Shown one piece after another: positions 1 through 9,831 of a DNA stretch of 53,930 nt. The DNA is from Treponema sp. (lineage in GTDB: Bacteria; Spirochaetota; Spirochaetia; Treponematales; Breznakiellaceae). The position numbers and the translations under genes are program-made. Numbering within the stretch: position 1 is the stretch's first letter; the number at the start of each line of letters is the position of its first letter. The notes under the pieces are model-generated. The model made no database searches. It was not told the origin of the DNA and saw only the letters and a list, made by a program, of their open reading frames with translations. The stretch covers positions 1 to 53,930 of the forward strand of contig JAITHD010000199.1 of the NCBI GenBank assembly GCA_031280155.1, read 5' to 3'.

Positions 1-2272
1 TATCGACTCCAGTATATTCTTTCTTATTGTTGTCTCTGCTGTTTTCCTGCTCAATAAAAGGTTTCAAAACCCCAACCGCCTGCTGCATCACTCGGGCGCT
101 GCGGATGACTTGGGGAAGAAACATCGCTCCTTTTCCAAAACGATCCCCTACTTCCTGCATACCCTTCATAAGAGGACCTTCTATGACTTCCAAAGACCTG
201 ACGCATCGAGGGCGGAATTCACGCACATCCGCCTCAATATAATCGTCGATGCCCTTTACCATAGCGTGAAGAATTCGTTCTTCCACATCCCAAGAACGCC
301 AAGATTTAGAAGGTCCCGCTTTTTCGACTATGGTTTTTCCAGTCTTATCCAGATCAGACTTCTCCTTCACTTCCAAGGCCAACCTTAGTAAATCTTCAGC
401 CGCGTTTTCTTTCCGGCAGAGAATCAGGTCTTCCGCTGCTTGTCGAAGCGCTGGATCAACCTGATCATAAGGGATCATGGTTACAGGATTTACAATAGCC
501 ATAGAAAGCCCTGCGTCTATGCTATGTTTGAGCAGTACCGCATGCATAGCATTCCGAACCGGCTCATTACCCTGAAAGCTGAAAGAAAGATTTCCAATCC
601 CTCCAGAAATCTGAGCTTCTGGACAATGTTTACGTATCCACTCACAGGTCTTGATAAAATCCAAGCCGTACCGATCATGTTCAGCAATACCGGTGGCTAT
701 AGTAAGCACCACCCCGTCAAAGATAATATTCTCCGCCGGAAAATCATCATCAACTAAAAGCCGATACGCCCGACCAGCAACCTCAATTTTCCGTTCATAC
801 GTTGCAGCCTGTCCTTGTTCGTCAAAAAGCATAACCATAACGGCGGCGCCATAACGCCGAGCAAGTCGCGCTTTACGAAGAAACGCCTCCTTCCCGTCTT
901 TAAGGCTGAGAGAATTTACAATACTTTTTCCCTGAATCAGCTTTAACCCTGCTTCAATATTCTCCCACCGTGAACTGTCAAGCATGATAGGAACCTTTGC
1001 TATATCTGGGTCTGATAAGGCTAAGGTCAGGAAACGAGTCAGAACGGCTTCAGCGTCCAGCATGGCATCGTCCATACATATATTGATAAGATGAGCGCCA
1101 TATTCAATCATTTCACGAGCGATTCCAAGGGCTTCTGGGTATTGTTCTTTCTGAATAAGCCGTAAAAACTGACGGCTTCCCGCCACATTAGTCCGCTCCC
1201 CCATCTTGATAAGTCCTTGAGTCCGCTCTGCCTGTACTGGCTCGAGCCCCGCAAAAAAGGTTTTTTTCTGGGGAACAGGCAAAGGACGAGGCTTGTAGGT
1301 TGCGGCTTTGTCATTGATTGCGGCAATATGGGCTGGAGTAGACCCGCAACAGCCGCCGACAATATTAAGAAGACCTTCTTGCATATATGTTTCAAGACAG
1401 GCTGCCATCATTTCAGGGCTATCGTCGTAGACTCCGAATTCATTCGGCATTCCCGCATTCGGGTGTACGCTGGTAAGACAGGGGACAAAACCGGCAAGAT
1501 TTTTGATATAGCCCTTGAGTCGGGAAGCGCCCATGGAACAATTCAATCCAATAGCCCAGGGTTTGGCGTGAAGTACCGAAACACAAAAGGCTTCTACAGT
1601 TTGTCCCGCAAGGAGTCTGCCTGAGGCATCAGAGATAGTCCCGGAAATCATCAGAGGAATCTGAATACGCCGTTCTTCTTCCAGCCGAGAAACCGCAAAA
1701 AGGGCTGCTTTGGCATTGAGGGTGTCAAAGACTGTCTCAATAATAAGGATATCTGCGCCGCCTTCCAATAATCCCCTTGCGTTATCATAATAAGCCCCGA
1801 TCATTTCATCCCAGTAAATCCCGCGCTTCCCTGGATCTTGAATATCCGGGGAAATACTGGCGCTTTTTGTCAGAGGACCCATACTGCCGGCTACAAATCG
1901 CGGTTTATCCCAACTTGAAAACCGGTCTGCAGCATTTCGGGCAATCGCCGCCGCATTATAACTTATTTCGTAAGCCAAATCTTCCAGCCCATAATCAGCG
2001 AGAGTCACCGCAGTAGCGTTGCCGAAACTACAGGTCTCAATAATATCCGCCCCGGCTTTGAGATAGGATTCATGAATAGAAGCAATAATATCCGGCTTAG
2101 TCAGACAGAGTATATCGTTACAGCCTAAAAGATCAACCCTGTGGGACCCAAACCGCTGTCCCCGGAAATCCGCTTCTGTCAAGTTATACTGCTGGATCAT
2201 AGAACCCATTGCCCCATCCAACAGGAGAATTCGTTTTGCAGCTAAGGCATCAAGCTGTTCCTTGGTGTTCAT
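1..2272 (-). CDS. metH: Cobalamin-dependent methionine synthase MetH, N-terminal ~757 codons; the 3' end runs off the left edge of the window
   Basis: Absent from the ORF track because it has no in-window stop. My translation from the ATG (complement of 2270-2272) reads [36 protein letters not shown]... (homocysteine S-methyltransferase domain). Further on it reads ...[31 protein letters not shown]... (pterin-binding domain) and ...[26 protein letters not shown] (B12 cap region). The frame appears open to position 2. Confidence 0.9.
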   Translation of the reverse strand, partial: MNTKEQLDALAAKRILLLDGAMGSMIQQYNLTEADFRGQRFGSHRVDLLGCNDILCLTKPDIIASIHESYLKAGADIIETCSFGNATAVTLADYGLEDLAYEISYNAAAIARNAADRFSSWDKPRFVAGSMGPLTKSASISPDIQDPGKRGIYWDEMIGAYYDNARGLLEGGADILIIETVFDTLNAKAALFAVSRLEEERRIQIPLMISGTISDASGRLLAGQTVEAFCVSVLHAKPWAIGLNCSMGASRLKGYIKNLAGFVPCLTSVHPNAGMPNEFGVYDDSPEMMAACLETYMQEGLLNIVGGCCGSTPAHIAAINDKAATYKPRPLPVPQKKTFFAGLEPVQAERTQGLIKMGERTNVAGSRQFLRLIQKEQYPEALGIAREMIEYGAHLINICMDDAMLDAEAVLTRFLTLALSDPDIAKVPIMLDSSRWENIEAGLKLIQGKSIVNSLSLKDGKEAFLRKARLARRYGAAVMVMLFDEQGQAATYERKIEVAGRAYRLLVDDDFPAENIIFDGVVLTIATGIAEHDRYGLDFIKTCEWIRKHCPEAQISGGIGNLSFSFQGNEPVRNAMHAVLLKHSIDAGLSMAIVNPVTMIPYDQVDPALRQAAEDLILCRKENAAEDLLRLALEVKEKSDLDKTGKTIVEKAGPSKSWRSWDVEERILHAMVKGIDDYIEADVREFRPRCVRSLEVIEGPLMKGMQEVGDRFGKGAMFLPQVIRSARVMQQAVGVLKPFIEQENSRDNNKKEYTGVD

Positions 2273-2408
2273 ACAAAGATTCTAGCATAACAAAATATGA
2301 AAAGGAAGAGGCATGTCAACTCCCAGATTTCTCCTTCGACGATACATGACTGGGACATAGCTTGGTTATCGCAAAACTCCCTAAAGAGAGCTTTTACGGC
2401 GAACCGGA

Positions 2409-2456
2409 TAAAAAAAAGGAAACGCCCTTCATTAGTAAAAGGGCGTTTCCTTTTTG
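2409..2456 (-). terminator. Rho-independent terminator downstream of flaB (A-run/T-run on both sides, so possibly bidirectional)
   Basis: 12-bp stem GGAAACGCCCTT (2418-2429) / AAGGGCGTTTCC (2439-2450) with a 9-nt loop. On the minus strand it is followed by T8 (complement of 2410-2417). On the plus strand it is followed by TTTTT. Confidence 0.85.
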
Positions 2457-2489
2457 ATTAGCAAGTTTAACAGCCTTCGTTCAGTATTA

Positions 2490-3350
2490 CTACTGGAGAA
2501 GCTGAAGAACCCCTTGAGTTCTCTGATTGGCTTGAGCCAACATTGCGGTCCCCGCCTGACTAAGAATCTGGTTCTTGGTATAAGTAACCATTTCGTTAGC
2601 CATGTTGGTATCCCGAATTCGGGATTCTGAGGCTTGCATATTTTCCGCGCCTATATCAATACCGATGATTGCATGTTCTAAACGATTCTGATAGCCTCCC
2701 AGATCAGCTCGCTGTTTACTGACTTTTTTCAGAGCTTCATCAAGAGTTCCAATAGCGCGGTTAGCGTCGTCCATATCCTCTAAGGAAAGAATAGTTTCAT
2801 CCCCCACATTCTTAACGCCCAGGGCTTTGGCGGTCATAGTACCAATAAATACCTGTTCCCGTTGATCCATGTTAGCGCCTATATGAAGCCACATTGAAGC
2901 GGTAACTACATTTTCTCCCTGGGGACGACCAAAGCGTCCGGTAAGCATATTCAATCCATTGAATTGAGCGTGAGAAGCAATCCGATCCAATTCGTCAACG
3001 AGGGCTGAAACTTCGATCTGCATATACGTCCGATCGTCAGCAGTATAAATTCCGTTTGCAGACTGTACAGCTAATTCCCGAAGCCGCTGTAAAATATCCT
3101 GACTTTCCTGGAGATATCCCTCAGTCGTTTGAATGAAAGAAATACCATTTTGAGCGTTAATAGAAGCTTGGTTCAAACCGCGAATTTGGCTCCGCAATTT
3201 TTCAGAAACCGCAAGTCCTGAAGGATCATCCCCTGCTCGATTAATCCGTAAACCACTGGACAATTTTTCCATGTTCTTGGTCAGATTGGTCTGAGTTGTT
3301 CTGAGAGACCTGTCGGCAAACATTGCACTCAAATTGTGATTAATAATCAT
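2490..3350 (-). CDS. flaB: Flagellar filament core protein (flagellin) FlaB
   Basis: 286 aa. The N-terminus [17 protein letters not shown]...[33 protein letters not shown] and the C-terminus ...[25 protein letters not shown] are canonical flagellin D0/D1 segments. The size is typical of spirochaete FlaB. SD GGAG sits 9 nt upstream of the ATG. Confidence 0.97.
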   Translation of the reverse strand: MIINHNLSAMFADRSLRTTQTNLTKNMEKLSSGLRINRAGDDPSGLAVSEKLRSQIRGLNQASINAQNGISFIQTTEGYLQESQDILQRLRELAVQSANGIYTADDRTYMQIEVSALVDELDRIASHAQFNGLNMLTGRFGRPQGENVVTASMWLHIGANMDQREQVFIGTMTAKALGVKNVGDETILSLEDMDDANRAIGTLDEALKKVSKQRADLGGYQNRLEHAIIGIDIGAENMQASESRIRDTNMANEMVTYTKNQILSQAGTAMLAQANQRTQGVLQLLQ

Positions 3351-3355
3351 AAGTC

Positions 3356-3405
3356 TTCACTCCTTTGGCATTTTGGCGCGCTTTTGCGCCTTCGGCATCC
3401 ATGCC
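3356..3405 (-). promoter_or_regulatory. flaB 5' leader with two CsrA-type GGA sites, one in a hairpin loop and one overlapping the SD
   Basis: The minus strand reads GGCAUGGAUGCC (complement of 3394-3405), which can fold as a GGC/GCC stem presenting an AUGGAU loop. GGAUG matches the core of the CsrA SELEX consensus RUACARGGAUGU. The second GGA lies in the SD, CAAAGGAGUG (GGAG = complement of 3360-3363). A GGCGC/GCGCC hairpin (3375-3390) lies between the two sites. Confidence 0.4.
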
Positions 3406-3523
3406 TTAACCGTATCACCTCTGATATATAATATTGGTGATATCTGGTGGTTAATAAAAATATGCCATAAACCAATTACAGCAACTTTACTAGTTGCCGT
3501 AGTTTAATTCACCTTTATTATAA

Positions 3524-3550
3524 ATATCGGATATAGAAATAGCCGCTTTA
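3524..3550 (-). promoter_or_regulatory. Sigma-28 (FliA/SigD-type) promoter for flaB
   Basis: The minus strand reads TAAA (complement of 3547-3550), exactly 15 nt, then tCCGATAT (complement of 3524-3531). The consensus is TAAA-N15-GCCGATAA. It lies about 170 nt upstream of the flaB ATG. Confidence 0.7.
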
Positions 3551-3607
3551 GAAAAAATAGGAAAAAATTGATGATTTCTTATACAACAAATCAACCGATA
3601 TAACACT

Positions 3608-4252
3608 ATGCGATACTATATTTATTTATTTGTTTTTATTACTGGATGTATTTTTCTTTCCTGTACTACTCGTCCTGAAGTGGTAGCCACTGAAAAAACC
3701 GAGAAGCATATACCGAAAAACTCTGAAATCCCAGAGATTCCTGAATATCTTCTAGGAAAAGGGATCATACCTTCAGAAGATTTAGCTTCTTTCTTGCAAT
3801 ACTCAAATCCAATGGCAGACGCTGATTTTGTTAAGGAACTGGCGGATTTATATGTGGAAGAAGCCGCTCTTGAAGGGGTAAATCATGATGTCGCATTTGC
3901 CCAGATGTGTCTGGAAACAGGATTTCTCCAATACGGCAATCTGGTAACGCCGGATATGAATAATTTTTGCGGTCTCGGCGCCATATCAGCCGAACAGCCC
4001 GGAGAGCGGTTTTCCGAACCCCGCATTGGAGTGCGCGCTCAGATCCAGCATCTCAAAGGATACGCTACGGATACACCCCTTGAACAAGAATTGGTGGATC
4101 CCCGTTATATTTGGGTCAACTATGGTTCTGCGCCGACTATTAAAGGGCTTGCCGGTTCTTGGGCTGCGGATCCGGACTATGCCGTCAAAATCAGCGGCAT
4201 CTTGGAACGGCTCTATGAATACTCTTTTAGAAAAGACATCCGTTCTGAATGA
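3608..4252 (+). CDS. Lipoprotein with an N-acetylglucosaminidase (GH73 / FlgJ-C-terminal-type glucosaminidase) domain; putative peptidoglycan hydrolase
   Basis: 214 aa. The signal peptide has a lipobox (...GCIFLSC). The segment VAFAQMCLETGFLQYGNL...NNFCGLG resembles the catalytic-Glu segment of FlgJ/LytD-type glucosaminidases (..ALESGWG..). The C-terminal YA.DP.Y motif region is present. Confidence 0.8.
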   Translation: MRYYIYLFVFITGCIFLSCTTRPEVVATEKTEKHIPKNSEIPEIPEYLLGKGIIPSEDLASFLQYSNPMADADFVKELADLYVEEAALEGVNHDVAFAQMCLETGFLQYGNLVTPDMNNFCGLGAISAEQPGERFSEPRIGVRAQIQHLKGYATDTPLEQELVDPRYIWVNYGSAPTIKGLAGSWAADPDYAVKISGILERLYEYSFRKDIRSE

Positions 4253-4691
4253 GCCGTTGCCCGTTTACCAGTTTTCGCGCTTTGACGCCGCTTGATAAAT
4301 CATCCAGCGTTTTGGTTTCTTCTGTAAGTATATGTTTGCGGTATTCTTTGTACCGCCGCTCTTTCATATTGTCCAGAATTTTGCGATCCCTAGATGCTTC
4401 CATATATACTGATCGGGCTTCTTCTACGTTACGCGCCGCTTTGCCGGCTTCTTCTAAAAATGCGGCTTTGGTTTTATCAAGGCGCAGAATATACCGGTCA
4501 AAAGACAGAATATCCTCGGTTCTTTGAGGCGTAAACTGTTCTATTCGTTCCCGTTCAGCGGTTATCGCCGTAATTTTGCGTTCAATTTCAGTAAGAACTC
4601 CTACCGCCTTACCTAGTTCAATTTCGGTTTCTTGCTCTCGGTATTGCCGAAGTTCCCGCACTTTTTCAAGTCCAAAGACAAAACGTTTCAT
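4227..4691 (-). CDS. fliJ: Flagellar export chaperone FliJ
   Basis: 154 aa, coiled-coil and charged (MKRFVFGLEKVRELRQYREQETEIELGKA...). It lies immediately downstream of fliI with a 4-nt overlap, which is the canonical position. Confidence 0.8.
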   Translation of the reverse strand: MKRFVFGLEKVRELRQYREQETEIELGKAVGVLTEIERKITAITAERERIEQFTPQRTEDILSFDRYILRLDKTKAAFLEEAGKAARNVEEARSVYMEASRDRKILDNMKERRYKEYRKHILTEETKTLDDLSSGVKARKLVNGQRLIQNGCLF

Positions 4692-6028
4692 ATAGTCATC
4701 TCCGCTTCCGGTATGGGATTGCCGGCGATTTGAGCCATCCTTGAAAGCGTATCTTTTAGTGAAACCTTTTCGTCTGTCTCTTGAACAAGAAATTCTTCGA
4801 TAGCTCCATGTTTTTGGATTGCTTCATCGATCTGCGGATTTGAACCAGTGTGATAAGCCCCTACGTTAATAAGGTCTTCATGTTCAGCATACACCGACAT
4901 AAGTCGTCGGAGAACTCCCGCAGCCTTATTAGTAGCGGGACCTGAAACAGTTGATCCTAACCGGGAAACACTGGCAAGTACGTCTATTGCGGGATAATGA
5001 TAATGTTGTGCAAGAGAACGAGAAAGAATAATATGTCCATCCAGAATTCCCCGAACCGTATCAGATACAGGTTCATCTAAATCATCTCCGTCTACGAGGA
5101 CCGTATAAAAACCAGTGATAGTTCCTTTATCAGAAGTTCCACACCGTTCCAGAAGTTTCGGCATCTGATCAAACATACTTGGCGTATAGCCCCTTGTGGC
5201 AGGAGGTTCTCCTGTGGCAAGCCCTATTTCCCGCTGGGCTCGGGCGAATCGAGTTACTGAATCAAATAAAAGCATCACGTCCCGTCCCTGATCTCGAAAA
5301 TATTCAGCTACCGCTGTGGCGATATATGCGCCTCGAAGACGGGATAAGGGCGGAGAATTAGAAGGGGTAACAATAATAACGCTTCGAGCAAGCCCTTCCG
5401 GTCCAAGGTCTTTTTCAATGAAGTCATTGACTTCCCGTCCCCGCTCACCGATAAGAGCAACCACATTCACATCCGCATTAGTATTCCTAGCAATCATGCC
5501 CAAAAGCGTAGACTTTCCCACGCCGCTGCCAGCAAAAAGTCCAAGCCGCTGCCCTCTGCCTACGGCAAGCAAACCGTCAATAGCCCGTACGCCGGTACAA
5601 ATCCGTTCTGTTACCCGTCTTCGCTTCAGCGGCTCTGGAGGACTCGCCATCGCGGGATAATATATCCCGGATTCAATATCCCCCTTGTCATCAATCGGTT
5701 TCCCCTGGGCGTCAAGTAATCGTCCCAATAATTTTTCTGAAACTGCCACAGTAAGGGCAGTACCGGAAGCGACTACCCGATCCCCTACTTCAATTCCGTC
5801 GATTTCTTCATAAGCCATTAATTGGACTGTTTCATCTCTAAGTCCTACCACTTCGGCGTGAATAACCCTGTGAGATCTAGGCGCTTCAATGCGGCAAATT
5901 TCTCCAATGATAGCGATAGGACCTCGACTTTCAATAAGCAACCCTTGAACTTTAGAAATACGCCCTACACATTTTATAGGATCAACCTGTTGAGCGGCTT
6001 CAATATATTTTTCAAGAAGGGTTTCCAT
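4688..6028 (-). CDS. fliI: Flagellum-specific ATPase FliI
   Basis: 446 aa. Walker A is GSGVGKST and Walker B is ...VMLLFDSVTRFA. The F1/T3SS-ATPase fold motifs are present throughout. Confidence 0.97.
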   Translation of the reverse strand: METLLEKYIEAAQQVDPIKCVGRISKVQGLLIESRGPIAIIGEICRIEAPRSHRVIHAEVVGLRDETVQLMAYEEIDGIEVGDRVVASGTALTVAVSEKLLGRLLDAQGKPIDDKGDIESGIYYPAMASPPEPLKRRRVTERICTGVRAIDGLLAVGRGQRLGLFAGSGVGKSTLLGMIARNTNADVNVVALIGERGREVNDFIEKDLGPEGLARSVIIVTPSNSPPLSRLRGAYIATAVAEYFRDQGRDVMLLFDSVTRFARAQREIGLATGEPPATRGYTPSMFDQMPKLLERCGTSDKGTITGFYTVLVDGDDLDEPVSDTVRGILDGHIILSRSLAQHYHYPAIDVLASVSRLGSTVSGPATNKAAGVLRRLMSVYAEHEDLINVGAYHTGSNPQIDEAIQKHGAIEEFLVQETDEKVSLKDTLSRMAQIAGNPIPEAEMTI

Positions 6029-6033
6029 TCCCC

Positions 6034-6984
6034 CTAAACCTTCTCATTGCCTGTATCTTGAACCGCTTTTGGCTTTATTTTTATTGGAGTAATTTCCAAT
6101 ATTTTCGTTTCTAATTCAGTAAGCTGCGTAGCGATCCGTGCATCGATTTCGCCAAAGTCAGTCTCAATAACACACCCGCCCTGATCAATAGAGAGATCTT
6201 CTTGAACCTGAATATTAGCCCCGCTCTCAAGCAGCAGAATAAAATCTTTAAGATGTTCTGTAGCAAGCCGCAAATCCGCGGTATGCACCTTGATAATAAC
6301 CTCTCCATGCCCTTTTACTTTCCGCAGCGCATCTTGCACGTTGGCAAGGATCACTTCCCGCTGGCTTTCAGAAATAACCTTGATTACCTTGCGGGCAATC
6401 AGAATCACCAGATCAATGATCCGCTGCTCTGTTTCCACCAAGATTTCAGTTCGTTTATCTTGAGCCCGTTCAAGAACAACCTGCGTTCTTTGAATGAGCC
6501 GCTCTACTTCTACTTTGCCTTCCTGAAATCCGGCTTCCCGCCCTGCAATTTCGCCCTCTTCCGCTGCTTTTCTTCGTTGATTTTCAATAGCAATCTGGGA
6601 AGCGACAGCCATATCCTGAGCTTTCTGATGAGCTTCGGCGATGATCTTGTCAGCTTCCGCTTGAGCTTCCAGCTTCAACGCTTCAGCTTCTTCAGTTTTC
6701 CGAGTTACTTCTTGGAGCGCTGCTTCTTCAGCTTCCTTGATGATGCGCTCTACTTCTAATTTAGCGGATTTCATCATGGTTTCCCGTTCAGCTTCCCATT
6801 GAACCTTAAAAAGCTCCGCTTCCTGGCGAAGTTCCTCTGCGGTAGGACCCTGATATTCTTCGATTTCCCCATTCTCTTCCATTATTTCTAATGGAGCCGC
6901 CTCAGTGGCCGCACTGGGAGAATCAATGAACACAATAGAAGTATCTACGCTGATCTCGTAAGACCTGAGAACCGTTTTTGTCAT
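6034..6984 (-). CDS. fliH: Flagellar assembly protein FliH
   Basis: 316 aa. It has a Glu/Ala/Lys-rich coiled-coil centre and a C-terminal FliH-type domain. It sits between fliG and fliI. Confidence 0.85.
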   Translation of the reverse strand: MTKTVLRSYEISVDTSIVFIDSPSAATEAAPLEIMEENGEIEEYQGPTAEELRQEAELFKVQWEAERETMMKSAKLEVERIIKEAEEAALQEVTRKTEEAEALKLEAQAEADKIIAEAHQKAQDMAVASQIAIENQRRKAAEEGEIAGREAGFQEGKVEVERLIQRTQVVLERAQDKRTEILVETEQRIIDLVILIARKVIKVISESQREVILANVQDALRKVKGHGEVIIKVHTADLRLATEHLKDFILLLESGANIQVQEDLSIDQGGCVIETDFGEIDARIATQLTELETKILEITPIKIKPKAVQDTGNEKV

Positions 6985-6987
6985 ACC

Positions 6988-8028
6988 TTACACCACCAAT
7001 TCATCTTCTCCAGCCCGAGCGACCACGATTTCACCGCTTTCTTCAAGTTTCCGTATAATCGAAACGATTTTCTGCTGGGCTTCTTCTACATCCTTTAACC
7101 GGACAGGACCCATGAATTCCATATCTTCTTTGAGCATCCCCGCGGCGCGTTTACTCATATTCTTGAAGATTTTATCCTGTACCTCAGTATCCACAGATTT
7201 GAGCGCTTTAGCCAGTTCTCCAGAATCCACTTCCCGCATAACTTTCTGGATGGATTTATCATCAAGCATGACAATATCCTCGAATACGAACATCCGCTTC
7301 TTGATCTCTTCTGCAAGTTCAGGATCTTCCGCTTCCAAGGCTTCCATAATCTGCTTTTCCGAGGAACGATCTACCATGTTGAGTATCTCTGTAATGCTTT
7401 CTACGCCTCCAGCTGCGGTATAATCTTCACTGGACAAGGTAGAGAGCTTCTTCTCTAAAACCCGTTCAACTTCCCTAAGCACTTCCGGACTGGTACGATC
7501 CATTGTGGCAATCCGTCGGGCAACATCACTCTGTACCTCATGAGGGAGATTTTGGATGATTACGGATGCTTTATTTGGTTCAAGATATGCCATGATCAAC
7601 GCAATCGTTTGAGGATGTTCCTGCTGAATAAAGTTGAGCAAATGCGCTGGATCAGTCCGGCGGATAAAATCAAAAGGACGCACTTGAAGACTAGAAGTCA
7701 ACCGGTTGATAACATCTACCGCTTTCTGGCTTCCCAAGGCTTTTTCCAAAAGGTCTCTCGCATAATCAATGCCGCCGGTACTAATGAACTGATTCGCAAT
7801 CATTAATTCTTGGAATTCTTGCAAAATAGCGTCTTTTTGTTCGGATTCTACGGTTTCAAGCCTGGCGATTTCAAAGGTTAGCGTTTCAATTTCATCTTCC
7901 CGCAGAAACTTAAAAATTTCCGCAGAAACTTGAGAACCTATAGATACCAAGAAAATAGCGGCTTTCTGCCGACCATTGATATCCTTCATCCCCTTTTTTG
8001 TCGCTGTGGAAGCTGAATTTTTTGCCAT
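6988..8028 (-). CDS. fliG: Flagellar motor switch protein FliG
   Basis: 346 aa. It contains GRQKAAIFLVSIG near the N-terminus, an EHPQTIALI-type motif (QEHPQTIALIMAYL) and the C-terminal torque-helix region. Confidence 0.97.
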   Translation of the reverse strand: MAKNSASTATKKGMKDINGRQKAAIFLVSIGSQVSAEIFKFLREDEIETLTFEIARLETVESEQKDAILQEFQELMIANQFISTGGIDYARDLLEKALGSQKAVDVINRLTSSLQVRPFDFIRRTDPAHLLNFIQQEHPQTIALIMAYLEPNKASVIIQNLPHEVQSDVARRIATMDRTSPEVLREVERVLEKKLSTLSSEDYTAAGGVESITEILNMVDRSSEKQIMEALEAEDPELAEEIKKRMFVFEDIVMLDDKSIQKVMREVDSGELAKALKSVDTEVQDKIFKNMSKRAAGMLKEDMEFMGPVRLKDVEEAQQKIVSIIRKLEESGEIVVARAGEDELVV

Positions 8029-8031
8029 ACT

Positions 8032-9735
8032 CTATTCCTCCAAAAGCCAGGTTCTAATAAGTTGAGCCACTCCGTCTGGGTGGTCTTTAGCCATATTAGC
8101 GATATTCTCATACAGCGTCATACGGGCTTGTTCTTCTGCGGATAACGGCATATCAGCATTCTCTTCGGCCTGCATAAGTATATTGTCTCTTTCAATTTGT
8201 TCCCGCCGGGCTCGCTCTTCTTCTTCTAAACGCCGGCGCCGATCCATTTCCTTGGAAATCGCCCGAATTATTATAAACGCTATGATTACCAAGAGAATCA
8301 GCCCTATGCCTATCAAGATCGCCATTCGGATATTCTGAGCTTTAAAGTACGCCGCATCAGCGCTGGCGAATTCTTTGCTGCGGTCGTAAGCGATGTTTTG
8401 CACTGTTACTGAATCCCCTCGAGCGGCGTTATAGCCAATAGCCCCTTGAACCAAGGACTGCACTTCTCTAAGCTGCTCAGGAGTCAAGGGAGCATATTCC
8501 CGCTCAATACCGCCGCTCGGCAGGATCTCAGGCTTCCCTTTTTCATCATACTTCATTACCCATTGACCATCAATATTTACCGACACCGTAACCCGATCTA
8601 TATTGGGAGTCCGTACTTCCTGAGAAGTCTTTTTGTTGATTACTTGATTAGAGGTCTTTGTTTCTTGCGTAACCTCCCCAAAAATATTCGTCATATCCCG
8701 ATATGCCGGAGCGGTTTGTCCCTCTATTCCGGGAGGACCTTCAGGAGTTATACCGGTTCCCTTATAGGTGGTAACAGAAGTATTTTCAGACAATGTAACC
8801 GACGGAACTATCTGAGCGTCATTATAAGAACTTCCCGGGGTTCGAGCCTGAAGGGTAAAAGGGAAATGTTCTTCCACATTGACTTCTTTTTGGGAAAGGT
8901 CCATATCTATCTTGATATTAAGATCTCGAACCCGATCAGGAGTATAGATTTGCTGTAAGGCTTTGAGAATAGCAACCCGATATTGGTTCTCAAGGGTTCG
9001 GATCAAAGCGGCTCCCTTTTTAATATTATCAAGCCGTTCAAACTCAGCCATTCCGTCAAAATCATTCAATACAAGCCCATAGTTATCAGTGATAACAATA
9101 TGCTCGTCTATAAGTCCCGCAACAGCAAATTTGAGAAGTTTCTGAATGCCCTCAACTTTTTTACGATTTTCAGTAATATCACTTCCAATCTTAGGCGTAA
9201 TAATAACGCTGGCAGTCACCGCATCCCGATCTTCAGGGAACAAGGTGTCTTCAGGAAATACCAACGTAACATGAGCGGTATCAACCCCGTCTATCGCCTT
9301 GATATGATCGGTCACCATTTGGGTAATAGCCCGCTGGAGATTTACCTTCTGATCCTGATCTCTGCGAGTCCAGCTTTCCCGGTCAAATAATTCCCAAGGA
9401 TTTGTACCGGCGGGAACCAAATCTTCTCGAATCAGGATACTCCGCATCCGCCGGGCAGTAGCCTCGTCATTCACCATGACTACCCCATTAGCGGAAACCG
9501 ATGTTTTCACTCCTTCCTCATTGATCCGAGTTATAATCCGGTTTCGGATATCCTCATTCTTAATAGGCGCATCAATAACCGGAATCAGCGTAGGCGCGGC
9601 AGATACTGAAAACAAAGCTATAATTCCTACAATAGCCGCTACACAGATTCCTGCTAAAATAAGTTTCTGTACTAACGACCATTTAGCCCATAATTTTTTT
9701 AGTTGATCTATAGCCTTTTTAATCCACTCGCCCAT
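8032..9735 (-). CDS. fliF: Flagellar MS-ring protein FliF
   Basis: 567 aa. It has an N-terminal TM (LILAGICVAAIVGIIALF) and a C-terminal TM (MAILIGIGLILLVIIAFIII) flanking a large periplasmic domain. The position is canonical. Confidence 0.95.
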   Translation of the reverse strand: MGEWIKKAIDQLKKLWAKWSLVQKLILAGICVAAIVGIIALFSVSAAPTLIPVIDAPIKNEDIRNRIITRINEEGVKTSVSANGVVMVNDEATARRMRSILIREDLVPAGTNPWELFDRESWTRRDQDQKVNLQRAITQMVTDHIKAIDGVDTAHVTLVFPEDTLFPEDRDAVTASVIITPKIGSDITENRKKVEGIQKLLKFAVAGLIDEHIVITDNYGLVLNDFDGMAEFERLDNIKKGAALIRTLENQYRVAILKALQQIYTPDRVRDLNIKIDMDLSQKEVNVEEHFPFTLQARTPGSSYNDAQIVPSVTLSENTSVTTYKGTGITPEGPPGIEGQTAPAYRDMTNIFGEVTQETKTSNQVINKKTSQEVRTPNIDRVTVSVNIDGQWVMKYDEKGKPEILPSGGIEREYAPLTPEQLREVQSLVQGAIGYNAARGDSVTVQNIAYDRSKEFASADAAYFKAQNIRMAILIGIGLILLVIIAFIIIRAISKEMDRRRRLEEEERARREQIERDNILMQAEENADMPLSAEEQARMTLYENIANMAKDHPDGVAQLIRTWLLEE

Positions 9736-9831
9736 ATCCCCTCCCCAGGAGAACTTTGTATATTACCGCCGTCCAAGTAATATTCCATTGCAGACGACTC
9801 CTTTCTTACTTTTTATCATATTATTACACTC

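Noticed and set aside
27-2016. Several plus-strand and one minus-strand 60-135-aa ORFs at the left end (for example 1217-1624, 440-757, 1108-1395)
   Set aside because: All lie inside or antisense to the unmistakable metH frame, which the track omits only because it has no in-window stop.
2273-2408. metH upstream region examined for SAM, SAH or cobalamin riboswitches
   Set aside because: No B12 box, SAM-I/II core or SAH motif is recognisable. The region is only about 135 nt and is largely occupied by the flaB terminator and promoter-like sequence.
3594-3601. aCCGATAT sigma-28 -10-like octamer on the plus strand just upstream of the GH73 lipoprotein gene
   Set aside because: There is no TAAA at 14-16 nt upstream (the sequence there is TTTC). 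The octamer ends only 6 nt before the ATG. It is probably fortuitous, although a FliA-dependent leaderless transcript cannot be excluded.
6202-9390. Plus-strand ORFs of 135-185 aa antisense to fliH and fliF (6202-6759, 8446-8958, 8983-9390)
   Set aside because: They are antisense shadows within strongly supported flagellar genes. They are rich in Leu/Ser/Phe/Ile, have no start context, and are not conserved-looking.
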